Source of the DNA: a virus
Direction: 5' to 3' (one strand)
UHGV virus genome: UHGV-0338128
DNA: 16,784 nucleotides
Shown here: in pieces, positions 15,022 to 16,784 of the stretch
How the letters are laid out: each line of letters begins with the position of its first letter
Numbering within the stretch: position 1 is the stretch's first letter
Translations under genes and position numbers: made by a program
Notes under the pieces: model-generated
The model's input: the letters and a program-made list of their open reading frames with translations, nothing else
What the model was told of the DNA's origin: nothing
Databases searched by the model: none

Positions 15022-15714
15022 ATGAACATAGGAAATCGAGTCAGACAACTTCGCCAAGCGAAGAACATGAAAATCGCCGATCTCGCTGAAGCAATAGGAG
15101 TGGATGCGGCAAATATCTCGCGCCTGGAAACAGGTAAGCAGAAACAATTCACTGAACAAGCCCTGAGTAATATTGCCAGGAGCTTAGGTGTTGATATTGC
15201 TGATCTCTTTACCTCAGACTTCAAAAGTAATACTGTATGTAAAAACAGTATTAGTGAGGATGTTGCGCAGGTGAAGGATGTATTCCGTATTGAAATGCTG
15301 GATATCAGTGCCAGTGCGGGAAATGGCCTTATCCAGGGCGGTGATGTCATTGATGTGATTCATGCCATTGAATACAGAACTGATAATGCTGTATCGATGT
15401 TTGGCGGACGGCCAGCAAATCACATTAAAGTAATCAACGTTCGTGGGGACAGTATGTGTCCAACCATTGAGCCAGGAGATCTCATCTTCGTTGATGTCAG
15501 TATCAATCAGTTTGATGGAGATGGTATCTATGTATTTGGTTTTGATGATAAAATTTATGTCAAACGACTGCAAATGATACCTGACAAACTACTGGTGATT
15601 TCTGATAACCAGATTTACCGTGAATGGGGAATTACCAGCGAAAATGAACACCGGTTTATGGTCTTTGGAAAGGTCTTAATCAGCCAGTCACAAACCCTTA
15701 AGCGACACAATTAA
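15022..15714 (+). CDS. cI: CI-like prophage repressor (N-terminal XRE HTH, C-terminal S24 LexA-like autopeptidase)
   Basis: HTH (MKIADLAEAIGVDAANISRLETGKQ), an Ala-Gly candidate cleavage site (SASAGNG), and a peptidase signature (VRGDSMCPTIEPGDLIFVD ... VKRL). Confidence 0.9.
   Translation: MNIGNRVRQLRQAKNMKIADLAEAIGVDAANISRLETGKQKQFTEQALSNIARSLGVDIADLFTSDFKSNTVCKNSISEDVAQVKDVFRIEMLDISASAGNGLIQGGDVIDVIHAIEYRTDNAVSMFGGRPANHIKVINVRGDSMCPTIEPGDLIFVDVSINQFDGDGIYVFGFDDKIYVKRLQMIPDKLLVISDNQIYREWGITSENEHRFMVFGKVLISQSQTLKRHN
15231..15250. promoter_or_regulatory. near-consensus LexA (SOS) box TACTGTATGTAAAAACAGTA inside the cI coding sequence
   Basis: Perfect TACTG-N10-CAGTA with an AT-rich spacer; falls in the linker between the HTH and peptidase domains of the CI-like protein (codons for SNTVCKNSI). 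Confidence 0.45.
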
Positions 15715-15734
15715 CCCTTACCTCCTCATCAATT

Positions 15735-15756
15735 AGCCACCCGAAGGTGGCTTTTC
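15735..15756 (+). terminator. intrinsic terminator downstream of cI
   Basis: AGCCACC-CGAA-GGTGGCT hairpin (7-bp stem, tetraloop) followed by TTTT, about 20 nt after the cI stop. Confidence 0.6.
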
Positions 15757-15769
15757 ATTACCCATCAAA

Positions 15770-15822
15770 TTGCATATCTCGCAACAAAAACACTTGCATA
15801 ATGCGCAACTTCATTTTATCTT
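15770..15822 (+). promoter_or_regulatory. OL-like operator pair with candidate PL
   Basis: TTGCATATCTCGCAA (15770-15784) and TTGCATAATGCGCAA (15794-15808) share the TTGC-N7-GCAA form of the OR sites. TTGCAT (15794-15799) followed 17 bp later by TATCTT could serve as -35/-10 of a rightward early promoter. Confidence 0.4.
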
Positions 15823-16252
15823 TCTTTCCAGACCAACAAACAAGGTACTAACAAAATTTGGTTGTAACACGGCGTATGGCACATGCGTCGTTAGCGGTCT
15901 GGGGACGTTAAAGGGGACAATCCACTCCTTGCTCGGGCAAACAAACCAGGTAGCCGGAATGTGCAAGTCAATGATGATGCTGATAAGACGCCTAACCAGC
16001 GTGGCGGTTCGGTTTGACACCTGGGAAGAGACCAGGGTGCAACGATGAGGGCATTTATGGAACCGCGACAAAGTGTGGTGCCGTAACTGGCTAAGTGCTC
16101 TCAGCGTTGTGGTGAATGCGCAGGCTGATGCGCGAAAGACATTGCAGCTATTGCGGAAAAGAGCTGTTCGGCGGGGCAATTAAACACCCGTGAGAGTCTG
16201 AAATAACCGCAAGCCGGAGATCAGCACCGGTCACCACAACAGCCACTGCTTT

Positions 16253-16387
16253 GGCGGTACCAGTTTGTACACTTGCTTCCGGCTGGTACCGCTCTTTTTA
16301 CAAAACAGAGAAGAGCATCACCGGACGACGGGCTCATAACCCAATCCATCCGGGCGGCTGCCACCGCAGGTGTTCTTCTCTGTTTTG
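16253..16387 (+). other. structured leader: long-loop hairpin, boxA-like CGCTCTTTTTA, and 14-bp perfect inverted repeat
   Basis: CGGTACCAG (16255-16263) pairs with CTGGTACCG (16283-16291), followed by CGCTCTTTTTA (16290-16300), which resembles boxA (CGCTCTTA / TGCTCTTTAACAA). Then CAAAACAGAGAAGA (16301-16314) is the exact reverse complement of TCTTCTCTGTTTTG (16374-16387). Confidence 0.3.
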
Positions 16388-16436
16388 TGGAGAAACCAAC
16401 CGACCTTGCAGGGTCGATATGATGAGGAGCAGCAAA

Positions 16437-16784
16437 ATGGCTAGCGAACGCAGTACTAATGTGCAGGCATTTATCGGGGAGCTGGACGGCGGCGTATTTG
16501 AAACCAAAATCGGCGCAGTTCTCAGTGAAGTCGCTTCAGGTGTGATGAACACGAAAACCAAAGGTAAGGTCTCACTCAACCTGGAAATCGAACCATTTGA
16601 TGAGAACCGTGTGAAAATCAAACACAAACTCTCATATGTTCGCCCGACTAACCGCGGGAAAATTTCCGAAGAAGACACCACCGAAACGCCGATGTATGTC
16701 AATCGCGGTGGTCGCCTGACTATTCTGCAGGAAGACCAGGGACAATTACTGACTCTTGCCGGTGAACCTGACGGAAAACTCCGC
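16437..16784 (+). CDS. hypothetical early-left protein, 5' part only (runs off the window end)
   Basis: ATG at 16437 with GAGGAG SD 7 nt upstream; open for 116 codons to the window edge (MASERSTNVQAFIGELDGGVFETKIGAVLSEVASGVMNTKTKGKVSLNLEIEPFDENRVK...). Not in the ORF track because no stop is reached. No family recognised. Confidence 0.55.
   Translation, partial: MASERSTNVQAFIGELDGGVFETKIGAVLSEVASGVMNTKTKGKVSLNLEIEPFDENRVKIKHKLSYVRPTNRGKISEEDTTETPMYVNRGGRLTILQEDQGQLLTLAGEPDGKLR

Noticed and set aside
15770-16179. 92-aa plus ORF (15770-16048) and 122-aa minus ORF (15811-16179) in the early-left leader; possible N gene
   Set aside because: Both use TTG starts lying inside operator or leader sequence without SD, and neither has the Arg-rich N-terminal motif of N proteins. 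A 25-codon Arg-rich frame starting near 16115 (MRRLMRERHCSYCGKE...) was also noted but is too short and has a weak SD for an N call.
16334-16702. 122-aa minus-strand ORF at the right end
   Set aside because: Antisense to the plus-strand ORF that has a strong GAGGAG SD and stays open to the window edge; Ser/Pro/Leu-rich translation looks non-genic.
1-16784. tRNA genes, CRISPR repeats, integrase/att site, Shiga toxin genes
   Set aside because: No cloverleaf-like segments, regularly spaced short repeats, tyrosine-recombinase-like ORF or stx-like ORFs were seen; the Q-to-holin slot holds only the acidic 111-aa ORF. The integrase end of the prophage presumably lies beyond the right edge of the window.

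Overview
This window reads as a contiguous piece of a lambdoid prophage with an HK97-type head module, from an enterobacterium, almost entirely coded on the minus strand. Right to left it contains: an immunity region (CI-like repressor on +, divergent cro on -, TTGC-N7-GCAA-type operator repeats); an early-right operon of translationally coupled genes (CII-like, Rha-domain fusion, 74-aa ORF, O-like replication initiator with an internal iteron array, PerC-like regulator, LexA DNA-binding-domain-only protein, RusA, KilA-N protein, DUF968-like protein); a Q antiterminator with candidate PR'/tR'; a very acidic late moron; a lysis cassette (holin, lambda-R-like endolysin, Rz/Rz1); an AT-rich two-gene island at the bor position; then HNH endonuclease, a cos-like inverted repeat, TerS, TerL, a small membrane protein, portal, prohead protease and a major-capsid gene that stops after 129 codons. 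No tRNA, rRNA, CRISPR array, integrase or transposase was recognised. The most interesting candidates are the acidic late moron, the AT-rich convergent gene pair, and a non-cleavable LexA mimic paired with a near-consensus SOS box inside the cI gene. All homology calls were made by eye from the translations and from memory of the protein families; no database search or folding program was run. Coordinates of non-coding features are approximate to within a few bases.
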